Shown one piece after another: positions 10,143-19,840 of a stretch of DNA of 64,000 bases. The position numbers and the translations under genes were made by a program. The stretch comes from Candidatus Poribacteria bacterium (GTDB lineage Bacteria; Poribacteria; WGA-4E; WGA-3G), in the NCBI GenBank assembly GCA_963665235.2, contig CAXXLX010000001.1, forward strand, positions 3,296,001-3,360,000. The letters are read 5' to 3'. The notes under the pieces are model-generated. The model searched no databases and was not told the DNA's origin. It saw only the letters and a list, made by a program, of their open reading frames with translations. How positions within the stretch are numbered: position 1 is the first letter of the stretch; every line of letters begins with the position of its first letter.

Positions 10143-11084
10143 ATGAAATTTATCTTTGTCTGTTTCAGTTTATGTCTTATCACCCTGCCTCACACCGGGT
10201 GGACAGATGGTCATCTCCAAATTATAGAAAAGGAAAAAAAATTAGTCCTAACAGGTAAAATTTCCACTGCCCTTGGCGAATACGAGTCAGAGCTACGCGG
10301 CGCGGTTGAATTTCTTATATGCGGAAAGAACGGCAAGGAATACGAAAGCATCGTTGTCGTTCAGGCAACCGCACAAGAGATTCATGAAGCGATGAACAAA
10401 CTCGACGTTAAACCCGGAAATCCCGTCGATCAGGACATAGAAACGGAGGAAATGATTCCCGCGAAAGGGCCCACCGTTATTATTCATGTCGAATGGAAAG
10501 TAGACGATGAAACGAAAAAGGTGCGGGGTGAAGACCTATTATATAATGTAAAAACAAAAAAAGCCATGAAACATGTCGCTTGGTTGTACACCGGGTCACG
10601 GATGATCTATGACCTTGACAGCGAAGATGAGGACGCGATGATTCCGTTGGCGTTTTCAAGCAACGACATCGCTGCCCTTAGTCACACCGACCCGAGCACC
10701 CTCTTTGTTAACCCGTTACCTGAATCTGCCCAAGAAAATCTCTATAAAAAGAACGATGCTGTGATGCCAAAACTCGGAACGCCTGTCAAACTGACTATTG
10801 AGGTCAATCGGAAAATGCAACTTTATATCTTAATCAGCGGCAAGGTTCAAGGGGTCGGTTTTCGAAACTTTACGCGGAGAAATGCAAGAACACTCGGTGT
10901 TAGCGGGTATGCGAAGAACTTAGCGAACGGTAAAGTGGAAGTCGTCGCGGAAGCCGATAAGATGCAATTAGATGCCTTGGTGGCTTTACTCTGGCAAGGG
11001 CCTCGCACTTCAAAGGTTGACGATATTAAAATTGAGGAACGTCCTATCACTGGCGAATATAAAACCTTCGACGTTCGGTATTGA
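10143..11084 (+). CDS. Exported YdjY-like domain fused to a C-terminal acylphosphatase
   Basis: Signal peptide; EFLICGKNGKEYES...LDVKPG and WLYTGS; C-terminal ISGKVQGVGFR...GYAKNLANGKVEV...GP is an acylphosphatase signature. Confidence 0.75.
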   Translation: MKFIFVCFSLCLITLPHTGWTDGHLQIIEKEKKLVLTGKISTALGEYESELRGAVEFLICGKNGKEYESIVVVQATAQEIHEAMNKLDVKPGNPVDQDIETEEMIPAKGPTVIIHVEWKVDDETKKVRGEDLLYNVKTKKAMKHVAWLYTGSRMIYDLDSEDEDAMIPLAFSSNDIAALSHTDPSTLFVNPLPESAQENLYKKNDAVMPKLGTPVKLTIEVNRKMQLYILISGKVQGVGFRNFTRRNARTLGVSGYAKNLANGKVEVVAEADKMQLDALVALLWQGPRTSKVDDIKIEERPITGEYKTFDVRY

Positions 11085-11087
11085 GTT

Positions 11088-11725
11088 ATGACGCATACGC
11101 CGCGCCCTGTCGTAGCGGGGATTTTGCTCGCTGCAGGGCTCTCTACACGGATGGGGCAACCCAAGCAGCTGCTCCCTTTCGGCGGAAACACTATCGTTGA
11201 AACTGTGGTCGACAGCATGCTCGCCGCTAAGTTCCATGAGGTCACCGTTGTCGTGGGACATTGTGCAGAACAGATTCAGGAAAAATTGGCGGAACGCCCG
11301 GTTAAAATCGTTTTTAATCCGAACTATCGGGAGGGCATGCTAACTTCAGCACAGGCGGGGTTCGCTCGCTCGGATTCGGAACCCCCGGAGGCGGACCTGC
11401 TGATGCTCCAGACGCGTTCGCACTCATGTTAGTAGACCAGCCCCTTATCACAACCGCGCTGATTGATAAGATAGTCAATGCATACACCCAAACCGACAAG
11501 GGCATTGCTGTGCCGAGTTATAACTACCAACGGGGGCATCCAGTTATCTTCCATCGGCGATATGCCGATGCTATCTTAACACTCGGCCCAGAAAGCGACG
11601 GGGTCCGAACGCTTTTTAAAACGCACAGTCACGATATTCACTACGTCCTTGTAAATACCGACAAGGTATTGCGGGATATAGATTACCCCGAAGATTACGA
11701 ACTCGCCCTACAAGAAAGTGGATAA
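11088..11725 (+). pseudogene. MocA/MobA-like NTP transferase split by a single-base frameshift (real, or a homopolymer sequencing error)
   Basis: LLAAGLSTRMGQPKQLL in 11088-11432 and LVDQP...GHPVIF...DID in 11426-11725; one extra G in the run at 11357-11360 restores AQAGVRSL...DAFALMLVDQP. Confidence 0.8.
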
Positions 11726-12608
11726 AATGTTCAAATCTATTGAAAATGTCCAAACTGTATGTGAAAAACATGCTTACATTGCCGATAAGGGATTAGCGAC
11801 AACCCTCTACTTGGCACATCACCTCAAAAAACCGATCTTTTTGGAGGGCGAGCCTGGCGTAGGTAAAACGGAGGTAGCGAAAGTCCTCGCCGATGCCACA
11901 GGTGCCAAGCTGATACGGTTGCAGTGTTATGAAGGTTTAGACGTAAATAGCGCGTTATACGAGTGGAACTATACGCGTCAAATTTTGCAACTCCGCATTG
12001 ACGAAGCACGCGGACGCGACAAAGAGGAACGCGGTGCCGACCTATTCAGCGAAAAATTTTTGCTCAAACGGCCCCTGCTTGAAGCTATCCAGAGTGACGA
12101 GGATATTCCGCCTGTCCTGCTTATCGACGAAGTGGACCGAAGCGATAGTGAGTTTGAAGCGTTCCTGCTTGAAATCCTGTCCGACTTCCAAATTACCATC
12201 CCCGAAATCGGTACCATCCGAGCGAAACATATTCCCTACGTCGTGCTAACCTCAAACCGGACGCGTGAGGTCCATGAAGCTCTCAAACGACGGTGTCTCT
12301 ACCAGTGGATTGATTATCCCACCGTAGAGAAAGAGATGCTAATCGTTCAGACAAAGTTGCCGCAGATTAACGCACATCTTGCACAGCAGCTGTGTCAGAT
12401 GATGCAACGTTGGCGTGAAGGCGATTACTATAAGAAACCGGGGGTGGCAGAAACGTTAGATTGGGGGTTGGCTATTGTCGCCCTCGGCAAGGCGCAATTG
12501 GATGCTGATATTGTCCATGAAACGTTGGGGTGTGTCTTCAAATATCAGGAGGACATCCGCCGTGCTCGTGCTATAGACCTGAGCGATTTCACAGAATCAG
12601 AGGAATAG
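11718..12608 (+). CDS. MoxR-family AAA+ ATPase, CoxD-like
   Basis: EGEPGVGKT, RLQCYEGLD..ALYEWNY, LIDEVDR, ALKRRC, KKPGVAETLDW. Confidence 0.9.
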   Translation: MDKMFKSIENVQTVCEKHAYIADKGLATTLYLAHHLKKPIFLEGEPGVGKTEVAKVLADATGAKLIRLQCYEGLDVNSALYEWNYTRQILQLRIDEARGRDKEERGADLFSEKFLLKRPLLEAIQSDEDIPPVLLIDEVDRSDSEFEAFLLEILSDFQITIPEIGTIRAKHIPYVVLTSNRTREVHEALKRRCLYQWIDYPTVEKEMLIVQTKLPQINAHLAQQLCQMMQRWREGDYYKKPGVAETLDWGLAIVALGKAQLDADIVHETLGCVFKYQEDIRRARAIDLSDFTESEE

Positions 12609-12830
12609 GGGAGCGACTATGAATAAAAGAAACCCGTACCGCAAACTTCCTAGTTTGCGGGCGGAGCACAGTAGGGGGCAACTATGAACAGAAAAAACCC
12701 GTACCGTAAACTTCCTAGTTTGCGGGCGGAGCACAGTAGGGGGCAACTATGAATAGAAGAAACCCGTACCGTAAACTTCCTAGTTTGCGGGCGGAGCACA
12801 GTAGGGGGCAACTATGAACAGAAAAAACCG
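12605..12830 (+). repeat. 65-bp tandem repeat (3 full copies plus a partial fourth), each with an RBS, ATG and REP-like palindrome
   Basis: ATGs at 12619, 12684, 12749 and 12814 are spaced exactly 65 bp apart; palindrome CGCAAACT-TCCT-AGTTTGCG. Confidence 0.95.
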
Positions 12831-14484
12831 CCGTGTGCAAAGGCGAGTTGTCATGGGTATCGGTTATCCGCTCCTAGTAGCTGCTGCCATTTGCACGATG
12901 GTCCCACTGTTATGGCTCTTGTCCTCCTCCTTCAAGACCGCCGATGAAATCTTCGCTGTTCCAATCCAGTGGTTTCCACAACTGCCTCCGCGCGTCGCTG
13001 CCTCCCCCTACATTGTCCAAGATGCATACCCACAGATTCAGAAACCTGAAACCGTGGACATAGAGACGTGGCAAACACTTCAACCTGAACTGGAGCGAAC
13101 AATCTGGGCGGGTGTTCAAGAGCACATCGCAGCAAATCCACGCCTCTCCAATTACGTCGCGTCTGCGGAACTGAAAACCGAAATGACAGAGGGGATATGG
13201 CAACACCTCCTTGCAAACCTCCCACCGGAGGTTTGGCAGGACACCACAGCAGTGCATAACGCAATTATCCCTGAAACGGTTGAAACCGTAATGGATGCTG
13301 TTTATCGAGAGGTCGCCCTCGGCACTATCAAGATAGAGGGACTTGAATTTGAACGCGCTCCCGTTACGCCTGAAGATTTCGTAACCAGCTGGCAGGCAGA
13401 TTCCGAGACATTGCAACGCATACGAAAATCTGATGATGCCCAAACCTTCGCAAGTTTATCCTACGATTTCGGAGACGCGGACAACGTCCGACTGACAGCC
13501 ACTATTCGCTCGCCTATTCCGATAGACCAGATTCGCCGCATCACGCTTCCTGTCCAGGGTGATGCTTCGTTCCATCGGCTCTCTCTAACGGTTTCTGCTA
13601 ACGGCATTACCTATCAACCGACGCGCCCCTTCGTTTTAGACAGCGCGCTGTGGAAAAGGACAGAGTGGCGGTTACGCGGCATACCCGGTGAGTTAGAAGC
13701 ATCACACATTCCCATGCGTCAGTCGGAAATAGGTATTGATACCACTCCCGACAACACGTTGCGTCTACAATTAACAATTCATCGTCCCGCTTACCTAGCA
13801 ATTGTGTGGCATAAACTCACCTCAAACTATCGGAACCTATGGAAGGCGGTGCCGTATAATCGCTATTTCATCAACAGTGTTTTCATCGCTACCGCGTCAA
13901 CCCTGCTCACGTTATTTTTCTGTTCCCTCGGCGGCTATGCATTTGCCAAGTATCAGTTCCGTGGCAAAAAAATCCTGTTCGGCATACTCCTCGCCTCTAT
14001 GATGGTGCCTTTTCAGGTGCTTCTCGTTCCGTTGTTTGGACTGATGTACGGCATTGGGTGGCTCAATAGTTATAAAGCGATTATTATCCCGTTTTCTGTC
14101 GGTGCGTTCGGCATTTTCCTGATGCGTCAATTTATCGTCACTATTCCATCAGAGCTGATTGATGCTGCCCGTATTGATGGATGTTCCGAATTCGGCATCT
14201 ACTATCGGATTATCCTGCCCATCATCAAACCTGCGCTTGGAGCGTTGACTATCTATACCTTTTTAGGGTCGTGGAACGGTTACCTTTGGCCGCTCATCAT
14301 TTTACGAGATGAGGCAAAGTACACCCTACCGCTCGGTTTAGCAAACCTCATCAGCATCTATCGGCAGGATTACGGCATGCTAATGGCTGGTACCCTGCTC
14401 TCTATATTGCCAATCGTGATTCTCTTTTTAGCGATGCAACGCGAATTCGTGCAAGGCATTACGTTAGGCGGCGTTAAGGAATAA
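12814..14484 (+). CDS. Carbohydrate ABC transporter permease (MalG-like) with a large extracytoplasmic insertion
   Basis: EAA loop ELIDAARIDGCSEFGIYYRIILP, SSFK motif, roughly 290-aa soluble insert after the first TM helix. Confidence 0.9.
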   Translation: MNRKNRRVQRRVVMGIGYPLLVAAAICTMVPLLWLLSSSFKTADEIFAVPIQWFPQLPPRVAASPYIVQDAYPQIQKPETVDIETWQTLQPELERTIWAGVQEHIAANPRLSNYVASAELKTEMTEGIWQHLLANLPPEVWQDTTAVHNAIIPETVETVMDAVYREVALGTIKIEGLEFERAPVTPEDFVTSWQADSETLQRIRKSDDAQTFASLSYDFGDADNVRLTATIRSPIPIDQIRRITLPVQGDASFHRLSLTVSANGITYQPTRPFVLDSALWKRTEWRLRGIPGELEASHIPMRQSEIGIDTTPDNTLRLQLTIHRPAYLAIVWHKLTSNYRNLWKAVPYNRYFINSVFIATASTLLTLFFCSLGGYAFAKYQFRGKKILFGILLASMMVPFQVLLVPLFGLMYGIGWLNSYKAIIIPFSVGAFGIFLMRQFIVTIPSELIDAARIDGCSEFGIYYRIILPIIKPALGALTIYTFLGSWNGYLWPLIILRDEAKYTLPLGLANLISIYRQDYGMLMAGTLLSILPIVILFLAMQREFVQGITLGGVKE

Positions 14485-14529
14485 TTACAACAGAAGCACA
14501 GACAGGGTTATTTAGTTCTAATTTTTTTC

Positions 14530-14558
14530 TTGACGTTTTCTCAGAAAAGTGTTATACT
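14530..14558 (+). promoter_or_regulatory. Sigma-70-type promoter for the methyltransferase gene
   Basis: TTGACG-N17-TATACT. Confidence 0.6.
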
Positions 14559-14707
14559 TTACGATAATTGAACGGAGATGCGATAAGAGCGGTATGAGGG
14601 ACCTCTGTCTCATCAATTTGCCGAAAACCCTCAAAAATTAAGTGGACATTTTTTTCTATAGTGGATGTTAGACTTCACAAGACTACTTTGTAGCATGAGG
14701 ATTACCT

Positions 14708-15598
14708 ATGCCTAAAAATCGCACCTCTATCGTGGACGAAAATTATCGTTTTTATCACGCCTCCTGTCTCGATATGTCGGAATGTGCGGATAATTCTATC
14801 GCCTTGACAATTACTTCGCCGCCTTATTGGAACGCTATTGACTATAATACCCACACCAGTGATAATGAATCGTGGTATAGGGAGCGGAACTATGACAGAC
14901 TCGGCAAAACTTATGAGGATTGGCTTGCAACACTCAAAAAAGTATTCTCCGAAGTCTATCGGGTCACAATTGACGGTGGGTTTTGTGCTATCGTTATTGG
15001 CACAATCCTTCATAAAGGTAAGCACTATCCTGCACCCTTCGATTTAACAAGTCAATTGAACGGCACAGACTGGCACTTCCATCAAGATATAATATGGAAT
15101 AAAGTCACCGGGGGTGTCCGGCGTGCTGGCTCATTTATTCAGCACCAGAAGCCCGGTTACTACTACCCGAACATAATGACCGAGTACATACTAATATTCC
15201 GGAAAGGCGATAAACCCAGATACGGTTCGCAGCCTACGCTCCCAATAGACGACGTATTCAAACGTGATATAGCCAACTCGATTTGGCATATCGCGCCTGT
15301 GCCACCGAAAACGATTGACCATCCGTGTCCATTCCCTGATGAACTCGTTCGACGCTTAGTGCTACTCTATTCTGAAGTGGGTGATGAAATACTTGACCCA
15401 TTTTTGGGAAGCGGACAAACCGCTCGGGGTGCCTTGAGATTCAAACGCGAATGTGTTGGATACGAAATAGAATCCAAATATATTGAGTTAACGTGTCAAC
15501 GTCTGTATCAAGAACCGCGACGGAAATATCACCTGCTACCGAAGGTGGAAAAACAGGAAGTCAAATCTGAAGAGCATCTGGTGATGTTCGCCTCATAA
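14708..15598 (+). CDS. Orphan beta-class DNA methyltransferase (probably N4-cytosine)
   Basis: TSPPY catalytic motif precedes the SAM-binding DPFLGSGQT; HPCPFP; no adjacent restriction gene. Confidence 0.88.
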   Translation: MPKNRTSIVDENYRFYHASCLDMSECADNSIALTITSPPYWNAIDYNTHTSDNESWYRERNYDRLGKTYEDWLATLKKVFSEVYRVTIDGGFCAIVIGTILHKGKHYPAPFDLTSQLNGTDWHFHQDIIWNKVTGGVRRAGSFIQHQKPGYYYPNIMTEYILIFRKGDKPRYGSQPTLPIDDVFKRDIANSIWHIAPVPPKTIDHPCPFPDELVRRLVLLYSEVGDEILDPFLGSGQTARGALRFKRECVGYEIESKYIELTCQRLYQEPRRKYHLLPKVEKQEVKSEEHLVMFAS

Positions 15599-15662
15599 GT
15601 AATACGAAATACCGTGCTGTTTTTTCAAATTTACGATAACAGAACAGGAGGAGTAAACAAAA

Positions 15663-15968
15663 ATGTCAGAATATATAAAGGTTACAAAAACGTCAGCAAT
15701 CCGGAATGGGCGCGGAAAAGCCTTTACTGTCAACGGAAAACGGATTGCAATTTTCAATGAGAACGGCATGTTTTGTGCGGTAGACAATACCTGTCCACAT
15801 GCGATGGGCTCCCTCGGCCGGGGGCGTATTCGGAACGGCATGGCAGTGTGCCCGGTTCACGGTTATGCCTATAACACAGAAACAGGCAAATGCCAAACCG
15901 ACCCGCGCCTCCAAATCAGGACATATCCTATTATTGTGGAAGGTGACGAGATTAAAGTGCAAGCATGA
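15663..15968 (+). CDS. Rieske [2Fe-2S] ferredoxin
   Basis: CPH...CPVH ligand motifs. Confidence 0.9.
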   Translation: MSEYIKVTKTSAIRNGRGKAFTVNGKRIAIFNENGMFCAVDNTCPHAMGSLGRGRIRNGMAVCPVHGYAYNTETGKCQTDPRLQIRTYPIIVEGDEIKVQA

Positions 15969-16102
15969 TAGGCAATGGACACACCTTGACTACTGCATAA
16001 ATTAAAATGCTTGATTTTTCTATGCATATCGCATAAAATATGCAACAACTTCATGTTTTTGACGAAAATATTTTTCTATTTACCTAAAGGAGGACATATA
16101 TA

Positions 16103-16849
16103 TTGAAATTGCGAACTGTGTTTTTAACACTGTGCCTCGTTGCACTCATTGCGCTCACCGGATGTGAGAGAACACAAGATGCCCTGATGGATACCATGAA
16201 ACCTACGGGGACTACGGTGGAAGCAGTACCAGTAAAGCTGGTGTTGTTAATAGACTATCCGGAAAATGGGAAGGACGCGTATCTCGCGTGGGTTGCCTCC
16301 AATGCCCCGACACTGCAAGCCCCTGAAGAGGTCACCCGCATCCGCTCTTACGACAATCGAGACCAAACCATGAGCCCGAATCGGCTTGTTGAGTTTGAAT
16401 TTGAGAGCTTTATCGACGCTGCAACCTATTTGAACCGTCCGGAGATAGCTGCAATTTTGGCAGATTTGCCGAATCACTCCCGCAGCTCTAGGGTACACAC
16501 TTTTATCGAACGGTCCGACTATGCGAAAACAGAGGACGCTAATTTTCCGATAAAAAGTATAACCCTTATCGATTATCCGCCCGGTGGGAAAGCAGCATAT
16601 TTGGAGTGGGTCGATTCCATTTCATCGGAGATAACCACGCCACCTCAGTTGAAAGCAATCGCTTCTTACGATAACTATTACGGCGACTCGCCACACCGAC
16701 TGGTTCAATTTGAGTTTGAAAGTCAAGAAGACAGCGAAGCTTATGAGGCATTAGAAGAAATTCAGGCAATTCAGGATGAGATGGATGTCCGCACCGGCGG
16801 TTGGGAATTGCACGAGTTTGTTTTACGTGGAGATTATGTCAACGAGTGA
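16103..16849 (+). CDS. Lipoprotein with two tandem dimeric alpha/beta-barrel-like domains
   Basis: LTGC lipobox; internal repeat LIDYP..GK.AYL.WV...SYDN....SP.RLV.FEFES. Confidence 0.7.
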   Translation: MKLRTVFLTLCLVALIALTGCERTQDALMDTMKPTGTTVEAVPVKLVLLIDYPENGKDAYLAWVASNAPTLQAPEEVTRIRSYDNRDQTMSPNRLVEFEFESFIDAATYLNRPEIAAILADLPNHSRSSRVHTFIERSDYAKTEDANFPIKSITLIDYPPGGKAAYLEWVDSISSEITTPPQLKAIASYDNYYGDSPHRLVQFEFESQEDSEAYEALEEIQAIQDEMDVRTGGWELHEFVLRGDYVNE

Positions 16850-16911
16850 TAGTTCAGCACTTACGCGAAACTTGAGTGTAAGCTTTACCATAAATACGAA
16901 AGGAAAAAATT

Positions 16912-17538
16912 ATGCTACAAACACCACCAGAATCCGCTGTGATTCTTTTTAATGGAAAAGATTTGAGCAACTGGACCACCCGAAACGGAGACGAAGCCGG
17001 GTGGGATGTTGAAGATGGCGTGATGACCGTCGTCCCCCGCACTGGCGACATCATGACGAAGGAACGATTTACCGACCACTTCTTACACGTCGAATTTATG
17101 ACACCCGATATGCCCGAAGCAAAGGGGCAAGCGAAAGGGAACAGCGGCGTATTCCTGCAAGGAAGGTACGAAGTTCAGGTCTTAGACTCCTACGGCATCG
17201 AAGTACCCGGTAAAGGCGACTGTGGCGCAATCTATAATCAATTTGCACCGCTTGTTAACGCTTGTAAACCAGCACTTGAATGGCAAACCTATGATATTAT
17301 CTTCCGCGCCCCGCGTCTTAACGATGCAGGTGAGTTAGAAGACAACGTCAGAGTCACCGTGCTTCAAAACGGTCTTGTCATCCTTAACAACGTCATCCTG
17401 CCGGGAACAACCGGGGCGAACATCGATTCATCCGTGGGTGAACCGGGGCCGCTCCTTCTACAGGACCACGGTAACCACCTGAAGTTCCGAAACATCTGGG
17501 CAGTTCCACTTCCGCTTGAAGGCTCCGCTCAGTATTAG
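16912..17538 (+). CDS. DUF1080 (3-keto-disaccharide hydrolase) family protein
   Basis: LFNGKDLSNW, GNSGVFL, YEVQVLDS, LQDHG motifs. Confidence 0.9.
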   Translation: MLQTPPESAVILFNGKDLSNWTTRNGDEAGWDVEDGVMTVVPRTGDIMTKERFTDHFLHVEFMTPDMPEAKGQAKGNSGVFLQGRYEVQVLDSYGIEVPGKGDCGAIYNQFAPLVNACKPALEWQTYDIIFRAPRLNDAGELEDNVRVTVLQNGLVILNNVILPGTTGANIDSSVGEPGPLLLQDHGNHLKFRNIWAVPLPLEGSAQY

Positions 17539-17605
17539 AGCTGTCTATACACCCCCTCGCGCAGTGAATTGTGGTTAAAAACACAGTTCATTGCGTACTT
17601 AACTA

Positions 17606-17754
17606 ACGTGAGCTTGATAATAAATATCCGTTCGCTCAACCTTTTTCACCGCGAAAAAAGCAGCATAATGGTAGCACATACTTCCTAGTTTGTGCAGTTT
17701 TTCGCTAAAACTACCAGAGAACGCTCTAGGTCAAAACTTTTTTCAAACTCGCGT
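17606..17754. mobile_element. 149-bp MITE-like element carrying a REP-like palindrome
   Basis: Ends ACGTGAGCTTGA / TCAAACTCGCGT (10/12 inverted match), flanked by direct TAACTA (17600-17605, 17755-17760); internal GTAGCACATACTTCCTAGTTTGTGC. Confidence 0.65.
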
Positions 17755-17796
17755 TAACTATATTGAAACCTCACGACATTTTTCAGGAGGAATTTT

Positions 17797-18747
17797 ATGG
17801 CAAATCAACCTTTACCGACTATTCCGAGAAGACGTTTGGGCAGAACAGAATTGAGTATACCCGTTGTTCCGTACGGCACACAAGGGTTCGGTAACAATTT
17901 CGGTTTTGTCTCAGATGAAGACGCTGTGGCACTGATCAAGCACTCTGTCTCTATCGGTGTTAACCACTTCGATTGCGCCCGTTGTTACGGGGATTCCATG
18001 CGGAAGCTCGGCTTAGCGATGAAAGAAATTCCGCGCGAAGATGTTATCATTACTGCCCGTCTTTGTTGTCACTCCGCAGCGGATTGGGGGGGATATGGCC
18101 AAGGCAAACCCGACTATTCAGCCGACCGTGCTATCGCCGACCTTGAAAATCAGCTTGAGCTACTCAACGTTGACTATCTAGACGGAATGCTAATTCATGA
18201 CCCGCGTGAGATTGACCCAACCCTAGAAAAGGGCGGTACACTTGAAGGGTTGCTTAAATGTAAAGAGCGTGGCCTCGTCCGATTCGTCGGTTACGGCATG
18301 CACCCCCACGATTTCCATCTCAAAACCATCGCAACGGGTGATGTGGACCTGCTGCTCTGTTTCAACGATTACAACCTCGTCCGACAATCTGTGGCGGATA
18401 CTATTCTCCCGGCCGCTGCTGAAGCGGATGTCGGCGTGATGAACGGATGGTCTATCCTACGCGGTATCCTCACAGGCGTTGATATTGACGCAGAAATTGA
18501 ACGGGGACGCTGGAAAAAGGAGGGCGACGTTGCAGCAGCATATCCGATTTGGGAATGGTGCAAGGAAGAGGATATCAGTCTGCTCCAACTTGCCCTTCAA
18601 TTCTGTCTACGTGAAGAACGCATCCATGGCAATAACATTGGTAGCCTCAACGTTGAACAGCTTGAGGCAAATGTCCGAGCCGCCAGCACCCCCTTACCGG
18701 ATGAAGTCTGGGAAAGATACGAAGCGAAGTTCGGCTCAAACAATTAA
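17797..18747 (+). CDS. Aldo/keto reductase
   Basis: RRLGRTEL, FDCARCYG, LIHDP, LALQFCL, EQLEANV. Confidence 0.88.
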   Translation: MANQPLPTIPRRRLGRTELSIPVVPYGTQGFGNNFGFVSDEDAVALIKHSVSIGVNHFDCARCYGDSMRKLGLAMKEIPREDVIITARLCCHSAADWGGYGQGKPDYSADRAIADLENQLELLNVDYLDGMLIHDPREIDPTLEKGGTLEGLLKCKERGLVRFVGYGMHPHDFHLKTIATGDVDLLLCFNDYNLVRQSVADTILPAAAEADVGVMNGWSILRGILTGVDIDAEIERGRWKKEGDVAAAYPIWEWCKEEDISLLQLALQFCLREERIHGNNIGSLNVEQLEANVRAASTPLPDEVWERYEAKFGSNN

Positions 18748-19824
18748 CATCGCGAGAAATTTATGTGTCGCACGCGGAAGCGGATAGTCATCTAGCGCTG
18801 CTATCTCAATCCACCGCGCGTCTCTTGGGCCCTTCAACACAACCTCACCTGCATGATAGTCACACTGAAACACATCCACAACGATTTTAAAGTGGGTATA
18901 GGCGTGCCGGACGCGGGTGAGGTATCGCAAATTGCTAACCGAGAGGTTGACAACCTCAGCGATGTGGCGAATGCAAGCTTCCGCCGCGGTTTCTCCTTCT
19001 GCCAGCCTCCCGCCTGGAAATTCCCAGAGCCCCCCGAGCAAACCCTCTAATTGCCGTTGTGTTATTAACACCTGCCCAGCTTTGTAGATAACGCCCACGG
19101 CGATATGGTGTTCCGGTATCGGTTTCGTTTCACGCCGTACCGGAAACTCAGCTTGGCGTGCCGTGTTGAACGCTTCACAGAACGTGTTCACAGGACACAC
19201 AAGACAGGTCGGCGATTGTGGACGGCAGACGGTTGCACCCAATTCCATCATCGCTTGATTGAAAAGCCCTGGTACTTCTCGGTCTAAAAGCGCGTCCGCC
19301 TTCTCCTGAAATAGCTTCGCTGAAGCGGAATCGTTGACAGGTGCGTCTATAAGAAATAGGCGCGCCAATACACGTTTGATGTTCCCATCTACTGCCGCGT
19401 ACGGCGCACTAAAGGCGATGCTCTGCACCGCTGCCGCACTGTAATCCCCAACGCCCGGTAATTTCCGAAAAGCGGAATAGTCGCTCGGGACTTCACCGTT
19501 GAATTCTTTCACAATACGTTCGGCAGCTTTGTGAAGATTTCGGGCCCTTGCATAATACCCCAAACCCTCCCACACCTTCAGCACATCTTGAAGAGGCGCG
19601 GCCGCTAACTGTTGGACATCCGGAAACCGTGCGATAAACTTTTCATAATATTCTTTGACCTTTTTAACCTGCGTCTGCTGTAGCATCACCTCCGAAACCC
19701 AAATTCGGTAAGGGTCGCAAGTGTCACGCCACGGCATATCGCGCTGATGGGTTTTAAACCAAGATAACAGCAAATTCCGGAATTCTTGGGGAGATTTCAA
19801 CAATTGTTCGTTCGGTATTGTCAT
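18736..19824 (-). CDS. mutY: A/G-specific adenine DNA glycosylase
   Basis: WVSEVMLQQTQV, GLGYYARARNL, HhH LPGVGDYSA, 4Fe-4S motif CRPQSPTCLVCPVNTFC, C-terminal NUDIX-like domain. Confidence 0.95.
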   Translation of the reverse strand: MTIPNEQLLKSPQEFRNLLLSWFKTHQRDMPWRDTCDPYRIWVSEVMLQQTQVKKVKEYYEKFIARFPDVQQLAAAPLQDVLKVWEGLGYYARARNLHKAAERIVKEFNGEVPSDYSAFRKLPGVGDYSAAAVQSIAFSAPYAAVDGNIKRVLARLFLIDAPVNDSASAKLFQEKADALLDREVPGLFNQAMMELGATVCRPQSPTCLVCPVNTFCEAFNTARQAEFPVRRETKPIPEHHIAVGVIYKAGQVLITQRQLEGLLGGLWEFPGGRLAEGETAAEACIRHIAEVVNLSVSNLRYLTRVRHAYTHFKIVVDVFQCDYHAGEVVLKGPRDARWIEIAALDDYPLPRATHKFLAMLIV

Positions 19825-19840
19825 AGCAAGGTGTTTTCCG

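Noticed and set aside
12605-12830. CRISPR mini-array
   Set aside because: The whole 65-bp unit is repeated and there is no variable spacer.
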